A program made the translations under genes and the position numbers. A stretch of DNA of 64,000 nt from an uncultured Gemmatimonadales bacterium (lineage in GTDB: Bacteria > Gemmatimonadota > Gemmatimonadetes > Longimicrobiales > Longimicrobiaceae): NCBI GenBank assembly GCA_963716255.1, contig OY970303.1:5216001-5280000 (forward strand). Direction: 5' to 3'. Numbering within the stretch: position 1 is the first letter of the stretch; each line of letters opens with the position of its first letter. Shown here piece after piece: positions 47,601-59,600 of this stretch. The notes under the pieces were generated by a model. It saw only the letters and a list, made by a program, of their open reading frames with translations, was not told where the DNA came from and did not search any database.

Positions 47601-50600
47601 GATCGCCCGCCAGGTCGGCCCGCAGGGCAAGCATGTTGACGAAGAAGCCGATCAGCCCCTCCACCTCCTGGCGGTTGCGCCCGGAGATGGGGCTGCCGAC
47701 GACCACGTCCTCCTGCCCCGCGTAACGAGCCAGCAGCACCTGCCAGGCGGCCAGCGTCGTCATGAACAGCGTCGCGCCCTCGCGCCGTGAGAGCGCCCGC
47801 AGCTCCCGTGACAGCTCGGGGGAGACGGCGAAGTGGCGGCTCGCCGCCAGCGCACTTTGCCCGGTCCTGCGCGGGCGGTCGGTGGGGATCTCCAGCAGGG
47901 GCGGCGCCCCCGCGAGGCGCTGCTTCCAGTAGCCGATCTGCGCGTCCAGGGTCTGGCCGCTGAGCCAGGCGCGCTGCCACACCGCAAAGTCGGCGTACTG
48001 CACCGGCAGCTCCTGCAGCCGCGGCTCCTCGCCCCGGCAGAGGGCGGTGTAGAGGGCGGAGACCTCGCGCACCAGCACCTGCATGCTCCACCCGTCGCTG
48101 ACCACGTGGTGCAGCGTGAAGAGCAGCACGTGCTCCTCCTCGTCCACGCGCAGCAGCGTGCTCCGCAGCAGCGGACCGCGCGCCAGGTCGAAGGGCCTGA
48201 GCGCCTCCTGGGAGGCCAGCCGCTCCACCTCGTGCGTGCGCGCCTCGACCGGCAGGCTCCGCAGGTCGAGATCGGGCAGCTCCACCGGCGCTGCAGGGTG
48301 GATGACCTGCACGGGCACGCCGCCCTGCTCCACGAACGTGGTGCGCAGCGTCTCGTGGCGCCGCACCAGCCCGTCCAGGCTCGCCCGCAGCGCCGCCGTG
48401 TCCAGCGCGCCGCGCAGACGCAGCGCCCCCGGCATGTTGTAGGCGGCGCTCCCCGGCTCGATCCGGTCCACCACCCAGAGCCTCTGCTGCGCGAACGACA
48501 GCGGCAGCGGCTCCGACCGCGAGACCCGCTCCACCGGCGGCGCCGGCGAGGCGCCCGCGCTCCGCAGCTCCTCCGCGCACCCGGCGAGCGCGGCCACCGT
48601 GGGCGCCTCGAAGAGCGCCTTCAGCGGCATCTCCACCCCCAGCGCCTGCCGCACCCGCGAGACTACCTGCGTCGCGAGCAGGGAGTGCCCCCCGCGCTCG
48701 AAGAAGTTGTCCTCCACCCCCACCCGCTCGGCGCCGAGCACCTCCGCCCAGATCCCCGCCAGAACCTCCTCCGTGGCCGTGCGCGGCGCCACGTACACCC
48801 CCTCCTCTCCCCACGCGGGCGCCGGGAGCGCCCGCCGGTCCAGCTTGCCGCTGGGCGTGTGCGGCAGCCGGTCCAGCACCACGAAGGCGCCCGGCACCAT
48901 GTGCTCCGGGAGCCGCGCCCCCAGGTGGGCCCGCAGCTCCGCCCGGGAGGGAGCTTCCCCCTCCTCCGCGGCCACGTACGCCGCGATCCGCAGGTCGCCC
49001 CGGGCGTCGGTCCGCGCGACCACCGCCGCCTCGCGCACCGCCAGGTGCGCGCGCAGCACGGCCTCGACCTCACCCAGCTCGATGCGGAAGCCCCGCACCT
49101 TGACCTGCTGGTCCGCCCGCCCCAGGTACTCCAGCTCCCCGCCCGCCGTCCACCGCGCCCGGTCCCCGGTCCGGTACATCCGCTCGCCGGGGACGCGCCC
49201 GAACGGGTCGGGGACGAAGCGCTCCGCCGTCGCGGCCGGGTTCCCCATGTACCCTCGCGCCACCCCCTTCCCCGCCACGTACAGCTCGCCCGCGGCGCCC
49301 GCGGGGGCTGGCTCCATCGCCGCGTCCACCACGTAGACGCGCGTGTTCCAGATCGGCCGGCCGATCGGCACCCGCTCACCAACGGTCGGGCCGACCGGGT
49401 GGTGGGTGCTGTCGGCTGCCGCCTCCGAAGACCCGTACAGGTTCAGGAGCCTCGCCCCGGGGAGCGCCTCCGCGAAGCGCCGGGCCAGCTCGGGGGGGAG
49501 CGCCTCTCCGCTGGTGACCACCAGGCGCAGGCGCGGGCAGCGCCTGCCGATCTCCGGGTAGGCGTCCAGGAGCGGGTCCAGGAGGGAGGGAACCAGGACG
49601 ATCCGGGTCACCCCGCGCAGCGACAGGTGGGCGACGAGCGCCTCCGGGTCGCGGGCGTCCTCGTCGGGAACGAGCACGGAGGGGACGCCAGCCAGGAGCG
49701 GGCCGAAGACCTCCCACACCGAGTCCACGAAGGCCAGCGAGGTCTTCTGGCAGCACACCTCGTCCGCCGCGAACGGGTGCTCGCTCCACATCCAGGCGAA
49801 GCGGTTGACGGCCGCGCCGTGCGTGCCGAGCACCCCCTTGGGAGTACCGGTGGAACCGGACGTGTAGACCACGTATGCCAGGCTCTCCGGCTCCACCTCG
49901 GCGTCGGCCGCCTCTCCGGCGTCCGCGGCGGCATCGGAGCGCAGCACCTCCACGCCGCACTCGCCCAGCCGCCCGGCCGCTGCGGAATCGGCCAGGAGGA
50001 GCGCCGCGCCCGAGTCGGCGAGCATGTAGCGCAGCCGCTCCACGGGGTACCCGGGGTCCATGGGGACGTACGCGCCCCCGGCGCGCACGACGGCCAGGAG
50101 CGCCGCCACCAGCTCGGGGGTGCGGCTCATGCACACGCCCACCCGGGTCTCCGGCCCCACGCCGCGCCGCCGCAGGGTGCCGGCGAGCCGGCGGGAGCGG
50201 CGATCCAGCTCGGCGTACGTCACCGGCTCGCCGCGCCAGGTGAGGGCCGGGGCGTCGGGCGTACGGCGGGCCCGTGCGGCGAAGAGGTCGTGCAGGCCCG
50301 GCCCGGCGGGGACCGGCCGCGCGGTGTCGTTCCACGCTTCCAGCACCCGGGCGCGCTCCGCCCCACGCAGCAGCGACACCTCGGAGAGCCGCCGCCGCGG
50401 GTCGGCCGCCATCGCCTCCAGCACGGTTTCCAGGTGCCCGGCCAGCCGCGCCATGGTCGCGGGCTCGAAGAGCGCCGCGCGGTAGACGAGCTCCCCGGCC
50501 AGCGCTTCTCCCGACTCGTCGAGCACCAGGTCCAGGTCGAACCGGGCGACGCGCTCGCCTCCGCCGAACGGCTCCAGCGCCACGTCGCCCAGGCGCAGCG

Positions 50601-53600
50601 CGTCGCCCAGCCCGCCCGTGCGCTGCAGCGCGAAGGTCGTCTGGACGAGAGGCGAGTGCGTCAGGCTGCGCTCCACGCCCACTTCCTCCACCAGGCGCTC
50701 AAAGGGGAGCTCCTGGTGGTCGTATGCCCCCAGCGCCGTCTCCCGCACCCGCCCCAACAGCTCGGCCCAGGCAGGGTCTCCCGAAAGGTCGACGCGCAGC
50801 ACCAGCAGGTTGACGAAGAAGCCGATCAGCCCTTCCACCTCGCGCCGGTTCCGCCCGGCGACGGGGCTCCCCACCACCACGTCCTCCTGCCCCGCGTAGC
50901 GTCCCAGCAGCGCCTGCCACCCCGCCAGCACGGTCATGAAGAGCGTGGTCCCCTCGCGACGGGAAAGCTCCCGCAGCCCCTGCGACAGCGCGGGCGGGAG
51001 GACGAACCGGTGACCCGCCGCGCGCGGGCTCTGCCCCTGGGCGCGCGGACGGTCGACCGGGATCTCCAGCAGCGGGGGGGCGCTTCGCAGCTGTTCGCGC
51101 CAAAAGGCCAGCTGCGCCTCCAGCGGCCCGCCGCTCAGCCACGCGCGCTGCCACACGGCGTAGTCGGCGTACTGCACCGGGAGCTCGGGGAGCGGCTCGC
51201 CGGCGTAGAGCGCCGAGACCTCGCGCACCAGAACCTCGATGCTCCACCCGTCGCTGACGACGTGGTGGAGGGTGAAGCAGAGGACGTGGTCGTCCTCGTC
51301 CAGGCGCAGCAGCGTGCTCCGCAGCAGCGGACCGCGCTCCAGGTCGAAGGGACGCAGCGCTTCCTCCGCCGCCAGACGCCCCGCCTCCCGGAGCGCGTCC
51401 GCCGCATCCCGCAGGTCGACGACCTGGAGCGGCACCGGAGCGGGCGGACCGATCACCTGCACGGGAACGCCGTCGCGCTCGGCGAAGACCGTGCGCAGCG
51501 CCTCGTGCCGCCGCACCAGCTCGTCCAGGGCGGCCCGCAGCGCCGCGGCATCGAGTCCGCCGCGCAGCCGCAGCGCGTACGGCATGTTGTAGGCGGCGCT
51601 CCCCGGCTCCAGCCGGTCCACCACCCAGAGCCGCTGCTGCGCGAACGACAGCGGGAGCGGACCCTCCCGCGGGACGCGCTCCAGCGGCGGACCTGCCGCG
51701 GCGCCCGAGCCCCGGAGGATCTCGATGCGCTCCGCCAGCGCGGCGACGGTGGGCGCCTCGAAGAGCGCCCGCAGCGGCACCTCCGCCCCGAACGCCTGCC
51801 GAGCGCGGGAGACCACCTGCGTCGCGAGCAGCGAGTGGCCCCCCAGATCGAAGAAGCCGTCCTCCACTCCCACCCGCGCCGTCCCCAGCACCTCCGCCCA
51901 GATCCCGCTCAGCACCTCCTCCGTCGCCGTACGGGGTGCCACGTACGCCGCCGCGGCCTCCCGCTCCGGCGCGGGGAGCGCCCGCCGGTCGACCTTGCCG
52001 TTGGCGCTCAGCGGGAGGCGGTCCAGCACCACGAAGGCGCCCGGCACCATGTGCTCCGGGAGCCGCGCCGACAGGTGCTCCCGCAGCCCGGCCACGGCGA
52101 CCTGCGCGTCTTCGGCCGGCGCCACGTAGGCGACCAGGCGCTTCTGCCCGGGGACGTCCTCGCGCACCACGACGGCTGCCTCGCGGATCGTCTCGTGCGC
52201 CAGGAGCGCCGCCTCGACCTCACCTGGCTCGATGCGGAAGCCGCGGACCTTGACCTGCTCGTCCACGCGGCCCAGGAACTCCAGCTCCCCGTCCGCGCGA
52301 CGGCGCACCCGGTCGCCGGTGCGGTACAGTCTCGCCCCCGGCTCGATCGCGAACGCGTGGGGGACGAACTTCTCGGCCGTCAGCTCCGGGCGGTCCAGGT
52401 AGCCGCGCGCCACCCCCGCCCCGCCGATCCACAGCTCCCCGGGGACGCCGGCCGGAAGGAGGCTCCCCCCGGCGTCGCACACGTACAGCCCCGCCCCGGG
52501 GAGGGCGCGCCCGACCACCTGCCAGGCGTAGCCGCCCTCCGCCCGCAGCCGCGAGGCCGCGCCGAGGATGGTGGTCTCCGTGGGCCCGTACAGCACCCGC
52601 AGCTCGGCGGATGGGAACGCCCGCCGCATCTCCCCGATCAGGTCGGCCGGGACGGCGTCGCCGCCCACGTACACCCTGCGCATCCGCGGCAGCGTTCCCG
52701 GCCCGGCCTGCACCCGCTGCACCACCTCGCGCATCAGCGCCGGCACCGCGTGCACCGCGTCCACCTCCGCAAGCTCCCCGACCAGGCGCTCCACGTCCCG
52801 CACGGTCGCGCGCGCCAGGAGCCGCACCGTCCCGCCCGAGAGGAGAGGCGCGAAGACCTCGAAGGCCCAGATGTCGAAGGCGTAGCTCGCCGTGGCCGGG
52901 AACACCTCGCCGGCGCCGGGTCCGAAGGCCTCGAGGGTGCCGAGCAGCGTGTTCGCCAGGCCGGCGTGCTCCACGACCACCCCCTTGGGACGGCCGGTGG
53001 AGCCGGAGGTGTAGACGACGTACGCGGCGTTGCGCGCGTCCACCCCGCTCCGCGGCGCCCCGTCCGGCTCGCGCACGACCGCTTCCCCGTCCGCGTCCAG
53101 GCGGACGACCTCCCCCGCGAAGGCGGGGAGCGCGTCCAGGAGCGCCGAGCGCGTGAGGAGGACCGAGGCTCCGGAGTCGGAGAGGGTGTAGGCCAGCCGC
53201 TCGGCGGGGTACGCCGGGTCCAGCGGCACGTAGGCGCCGCCGGCCTTGAGGATCGCCAGGACGCCGACCACCAGCTCCGCGCCGGGCTCCAGGCAGACCC
53301 CCACACGGCTCTCCGGCCCGACGCCGCGCCGCTGCAGGTGGCGCGCGAGCCGGTTGGCGCCGCGCTCCAGCTCCGTGTACGTGAGCGCCCCGCCGCGGCC
53401 CGCGACCGCCGTCAGGTCGGGCGTGGCCGCGGCCTGTGCCGAGAACAGCTCGTGCACGCACGCCGACGGGCGCCCGACGGCTTCCGCCCGGGACCCGGCC
53501 AGGAGCTGCGCCCGCTCGCCGTCGCGCAGCAGCGACACCTCCCAGAGACGCCGCCGCGGCTCTGCCGCCATGGCCTCCAGCAGCACCTCCAGGTGCCCCG

Positions 53601-56600
53601 CCATCCGCGCGATCGTCTCCGCCTCGAACAGCGCTCCCTTGTAGGCCAGCGTCCCCGCGAGCGACTCCGGCTCGTCCGCGAGCGCCAGCCCCAGGTCGAA
53701 CTTCGCCACGCCCGCGCCGCTCCCGAAGGGCGCCAGCTCCAGGTCGCCCAGCGACAGCTGGCCTTCCGCGCCGGACCTCTGGAGAGCGAAGGTGACCTGG
53801 AAGACGGGGGTGTGCGTCAGGCTGCGCTCGGCGCCCAGCTCCTCCACCAGGCGCTCGAAGGGCAACTCCTGGTGGTCGAAGGCGGCCAGCGCCGTGGCGC
53901 GTGTCCGCCCCAGCAGCTCGGTCCAGGTGGGATCGCCCGCCAGGTCGGCCCGCAGGGCAAGCATGTTGACGAAGAAGCCGATCAGCCCCTCCACCTCCTG
54001 GCGGTTGCGCCCGGAGATGGGGCTGCCGACGACCACGTCCTCCTGCCCCGCGTAACGAGCCAGCAGCACCTGCCAGGCGGCCAGCGTCGTCATGAACAGC
54101 GTCGCGCCCTCGCGCCGTGAGAGCGCCCGCAGCTCCCGTGACAGCTCGGGGGAGACGGCGAAGTGGCGGCTCGCCGCCAGCGCACTTTGCCCGGTCCTGC
54201 GCGGGCGGTCGGTGGAGATCTCCAGCAGGGGCGGCGCCCCCGCGAGGCGCTGCTTCCAGTAGCCGATCTGCGCGTCCAGGGTCTGGCCGCTGAGCCAGGC
54301 GCGCTGCCACACCGCGAAGTCGGCGTACTGCACCGGCAGCTCCTGCAGCCGCGGCTCCTCGCCCCGGCAGAGGGCGGTGTAGAGGGCGGAGACCTCGCGC
54401 ACCAGCACCTGCATGCTCCACCCGTCGCTGACCACGTGGTGCAGCGTGAAGAGCAGCACGTGCTCCTCCTCGTCCACGCGCAGCAGCGTGCTCCGCAGCA
54501 GCGGACCGCGCGCCAGGTCGAAGGGCCTGAGCGCCTCCTGGGAGGCCAGCCGCTCCACCTCGTGCGTGCGCGCCTCGACCGGCAGGCTCCGCAGGTCGAG
54601 ATCGGGCAGCTCCACCGGCGCTGCAGGGTGGATGACCTGCACGGGCACGCCGCCCTGCTCCACGAACGTGGTGCGCAGCGTCTCGTGGCGCCGCACCAGC
54701 CCGTCCAGGCTCGCCCGCAGCGCCGCCGTGTCCAGCGCGCCGCGCAGACGCAGCGCCCCCGGCATGTTGTAGGCGGCGCTCCCCGGCTCCAGCCGGTCGA
54801 CCAGCCAGAGTCGCTGCTGCGCGAACGACAGCGGCAGCGGCTCCTCTCGAGAAACCCGCTCGATCCGCGGCGCCGGCGAAGCGCCCGTGCCGCGCAGCCC
54901 CTCGATGCGCCCGGCCAGCATCGCGACGGTAGGGGCCTCGAAGAGCGCCCGCAGCGGCACGTCCGCGCCGAGCACCTGCCGCGCTCGGGAGACCACCTGC
55001 ATGGCCAGCAGCGAGTGCCCGCCCAGCGCGAAGAAGTCGTCTTCCATTCCGACGCGCCCGGTCCCGAGCACTTCCGCCCAGATCCCGCTCAGCACTTCCT
55101 CCGTGGGAGTTCGCGGCGCCACGTACGCCCCCGCTGCCACGAAGTCCGGCGCGGGAAGCGCCCTCCGGTCCACCTTGCCGCCAGGGGCGAGGGGGAGTGC
55201 GTCCAGGAGGACGACGGCCGAGGGCACCATGTACTCCGGCAGGCGGGAGCGCAGCCGCGCCCGCAGCCCGGCCGGCGTGTCGGCCGCGCCCTCCGCGGGG
55301 ACCACGTAGGCGACCAGGCGCCGGTCGCCCGGGGCGTCCTCCCGCACGACGACGATTGCCTCCCGCACCTGCGGCAGCGCCGCCAGCACGGATTCGATCT
55401 CGCCGGGCTCGATGCGGTAGCCCCGCACCTTGACCTGGTGGTCCGTGCGGCCCAGGTAGTCCAGCTCGCCGCCGGAGAGCCAGCGGGCCCGGTCCCCGGT
55501 GCGGTACAGCCGCGCGCCGGGCTCCCGCCCGAAGGGGTCGGGGACGAAGCGCCCGGCCGTCAGCCCCGGCTGCCCCAGGTAGCCGCGGGCCACCCCGGCG
55601 CCGCCCAGGTATAGCTCGCCCGGCACCCCCACGGGCACCGGCTGCATCCCGCCGTCCAGCACGTACGCCCGCATCCCCGCGATCGGCCTGCCGATGGGCA
55701 CGCTCCCGCCCCCGCCGGCGTCCCGCACGCGGTGGACGACGCACCCCACCACCGTTTCGGTGGGGCCGTACTCGTTGACCAGCTCCGTCCCCGGCGCCAC
55801 CCGCCGCCAGTACGCGGCCACCTCGGCCGGAAGCGCCTCGCCGCCCACCACCAGCGTGCGCGCCGCGGCCGCGGCCTCCTGCTCCGTGAGCTGCCCGGCC
55901 AGGAGCGCCAGGTGCGCGGGCGTGAGCTTGACCAGCGTGAACCCCGGCTCCTCGCGCAGCGCGCTCGCCAGCCCCTCCACGCCCTCGCCCTCGCCGGCGA
56001 GCACCACCCGCCCGCCCTGGAGCAGCGGCACCAGCAGCGAGGTCACCGTCAGGTCGAAGGACAGGGAGGAGTGCACCGGCGCGCCGTGGCCCGGCCCCGC
56101 GTACGCGCCGGCCGCCCACGCCAGGTAGTTGCCCAGGCCGCGGTGCGTCACCGCCACGCCCTTGGGGCGCCCGGTGGAGCCGGAGGTGAAGATGACGTAC
56201 GCCAGGTTGTCGGGCGCGGCGCCGCTCGCGGGCGCCGCCTCGCCGTGCCCGGCGATCTCCGCCGCATCGCGGTCCACGCAGACCACGCGGGCGCCGTGCG
56301 CGGGCAGGCGCTCCAGCAGCGCCTCGCGGGTCAGCAGCACCGCGGGGGCGGCGTCCTCCAGCATCAGCGCCAGCCGCTCCGCGGGCTGCGCCGGGTCCAG
56401 CGGCACGTACGCGGCGCCGGCCCGGAGCACGCCCAGCACCGCGGCCACCATCTCCGGGCCGCGCTCCAGGCACAGCCCCACGCGCGTTTCCGGCCCCGCG
56501 CCGAGGGCGCGGAGGTGAAGCGCGAGCCGGGCCGAGTCGCGCTCCAGCTCGGCGTAGGTGAGCGTCCGCCCGCCGGAGCGAACCGCCGGGGCGTCCCGGG

Positions 56601-59600
56601 TGCGGGCCGCCTGCCCCGCGAAGAGCTCGTCGACGCCCAGGGGCGGGTAGTCTGCCGCGACCTCTTTCCAGGCTTCCAGCACACGGGCGCGCTCGGCGCC
56701 GCGCAGCAGGGACACCTCCGAGATGCGCTGTACGGGGTCGGCGGCCATCGCCTCCAGCAGGACCTCCAGGTGCCCCGCCATGCGCGCCATCGTCTCCGCC
56801 TCGAAGAGCGACGCCCGGTAGGTCAGCACCCCGCCCAGCGCCTCACCGGAGTCGGCGATCACCAACTCCAGGTCGAACCTGGCCACCCCGTCCCTGCCCC
56901 CTTCGAACGGCTCCACCGCCAGCTCTCCCAGCTCCAGCCGCCCGTCGCGCCCGCCGGACTGGTTCAGCGAGAAGGTCACCTGGAACAGCGGAGTGTGCGT
57001 GAAGCTGCGCTCCACCGCGACCTCCTCCACCAGCTTCTCGAAGGGCAGCTCCTGGTGCTCGTACGCCCCCAGCGCCGTCTCCCGCACTCGCCCTACCAGC
57101 TCGGTCCAAGTGGGGTCTCCCGCCAGGTCGCCGCGCAGCACCAGCATGTTGACGAAGAAGCCGATCAGCCCCTCCGCTTCCCGCCGGTTGCGCCCCGCGA
57201 TGGGGCTGCCCACGACCACGTCCTCCTGCCCCGAGTACTTCGAGAGCAGCGCCTGCCAGGCGGCCAGCACCGTCATGAACAGCGTCGCCCCTTCGGCCCG
57301 CGACAGCGCATGCAGCCCCTGCGACACCTCGGCCGGGAGCGCGAAGCGCCGGCTTCCCGCGCGCGGGCTCTGCCTCGGGGTCCGCGGCCGGTCGGTGGGG
57401 ACCTCCAGCAGCGGCGGCGCCCCTGCCAGGCGTTCGCGCCAGTACCCCAGCTGCTCCTCCAGGACCTCCCCGCTCAGCCAGGCGCGCTGCCAGGCTGCGT
57501 AGTCGGCGTACTGCACCGGCAGCTCCGGCAGCTCCGGCAGGCGCGGCGCCTCGCCCCGGCTGAGGGCGGCGTAGAGCAGGGAAACCTCGCGCACCAGCAC
57601 GTCCATGCTCCACCCGTCGCTGACGACGTGGTGCAGCGTGAAGCACAGCACGTGGTCCTCCCCCGACAGGCGCAGCAGCGTGCTCCGCAGCAGCGGGCCG
57701 CGGGTCAGGTCGAACGGGCGCATCGCTTCCGCCCCGGCCAGCCGCTGTGCCCGCCTCTCCCGCTCCGCCTCGCGCAGCGCTCCCAGGTCCAGCACGGGCA
57801 GCGGCACCGCCGTGGCCGGGTGGATCACCTGCACGGGCACGCCGTCGTGCTCGGCGAACGTGGTGCGCAGCGCCTCGTGCCGACCCACCAGCCCGCCGAT
57901 GCTCCCCCGCAGCGCACGCAGGTCCAGCACGCCGCGCAGCCGCAGCGCGTACGGCATGTTGTAGGCGGCGCTGCCCGGCTCCAGCCGGTCCACCACCCAC
58001 AGCCGCTGCTGCGCAAAGGACAGCGGCAGCGGACCTTCCCGCGAGACCCGCTCGATCGGCGGCGCCGACGACGTGCCGGCGCTGCGCAGCGCCTCGATCC
58101 GCCCGGCCAGCGCGGCCACGCTCGGCGCCTCGAACAGCGCCCGCAGCGGCACCTCCACCCCGAAGGCCTGCCGCGCCCGCGAGACCACCTGCGTGGCCAG
58201 CAGCGAGTGGCCTCCCAGCTCGAAGAAGTTGGCCTCCACCCCCACACGGTCCACGCCCAGCACCTCCGCCCAGATCCCCGCCAGCACCTCCTCGGCTGCC
58301 GTGCGCGGCGCCACGTACGCCGCTGCCGAGCCCTGCTCTGGCGCCGGCAGCGCGCGCCGGTCCACCTTGCCGTTGGCGTTGAGCGGCAGCCGCTCCAGCG
58401 CTACGTACGCGCCCGGTACCATGTACTCCGGCAACCGCGCCGCAAGGTGTGCACGCAGCTCCGCAGCCGGCACCTCCACTCCCGCTTCTCCGACCACGTA
58501 GGCCACCAGGCGCCGGTTTCCCGGCACGTCCTCCCGCACGGTCACGACCGCCCTGCTCACTTCCGGGTGCCCGGCCAGCGCGGTCTCGATCTCTCCGAGC
58601 TCGATCCGGAAGCCCCGGATCTTGACCTGCTGGTCCACCCGCCCGAGGTATTCCAGCTCGCCATCCCCCCGCCACCGCACCCGGTCTCCGGAGCGGTACA
58701 GCCGTGCCCCGGCCTCGCGCGAGAACGGATCCGGAAGGTACGTTTCGGCTGTCCGCTCCGGCCGCCCCAGGTACCCGCGCGACACGCCGGCACCCCCCGC
58801 GTACAGCTCGCCAGGCACCCCGACCGGAACCGGCTCTCCCCATCCGTCCAGAACGTATACCCGGACGTTGGCGATGGGCCGGCCCAGGGTGATCCCCTCC
58901 GCCTCGCTTACCCGGCCAGCCGTGGTGTTGACCGTCGCTTCCGTTGGCCCGTAGTGGTTCCAGATCGCCACGTCCGGGAAGAGCCGGCGCGTCCGCCGCA
59001 CCAGCTCGCCCGGGATCGCCTCCCCACCCAGGAGCACCGCGACGAGCCCGCGCGGAACGGCCCCCTCGCCGCGCTCCATCCGCTCCAGCACCGCGCTCCA
59101 CAAGGAGGGCACCCCCCCGAAGCCGACCCGCTCCCTCGCACCCAGCGCCTCCAGCAGCGCGCCCGTGTCGGTTGCGGCAGTCTCCGGCAGCACCCAGACC
59201 GCGCCACCCCGGAGCAGGGGCGGGAAGAGCTGCCGCACGTGCGCGTCGAAGCTCAGCCGGCTCACCAGCGGCAGCGCGAAGCCGGCATCCCCGAGTATCG
59301 CTCCGTCGAAGTACCGGAGGTAATTGGCGAGGTTTCCGTGCTCGACCACGACGCCCTTGGGCGCGCCGGTGGAGCCCGAGGTGTAGATCACGTACGCAGC
59401 GTTCCGGGCTCCGACCTCCACCGGGAGCGCATCGACCGGCTCGCCCGAGATCGTCCGGCACTGCGCGTCGAGGCGGAGAACCTCGCCCGCGAAGTCGGGG
59501 AGCCCGTCGGGGAAGACATCTCCCGCGAGCAGCACGCCGGCACCGGCGTCGGAAAGCATGTAGCCCAGCCGTCCCGCCGGGTAGGAAGGATCGAGAGGCA

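Noticed and set aside
51980..53460. Assigning A4 (DIFHYGLILK) to hydroxyphenylglycine
   Set aside because: It only partly resembles Hpg codes and no Hpg biosynthesis genes are in the window, so it is left unassigned.
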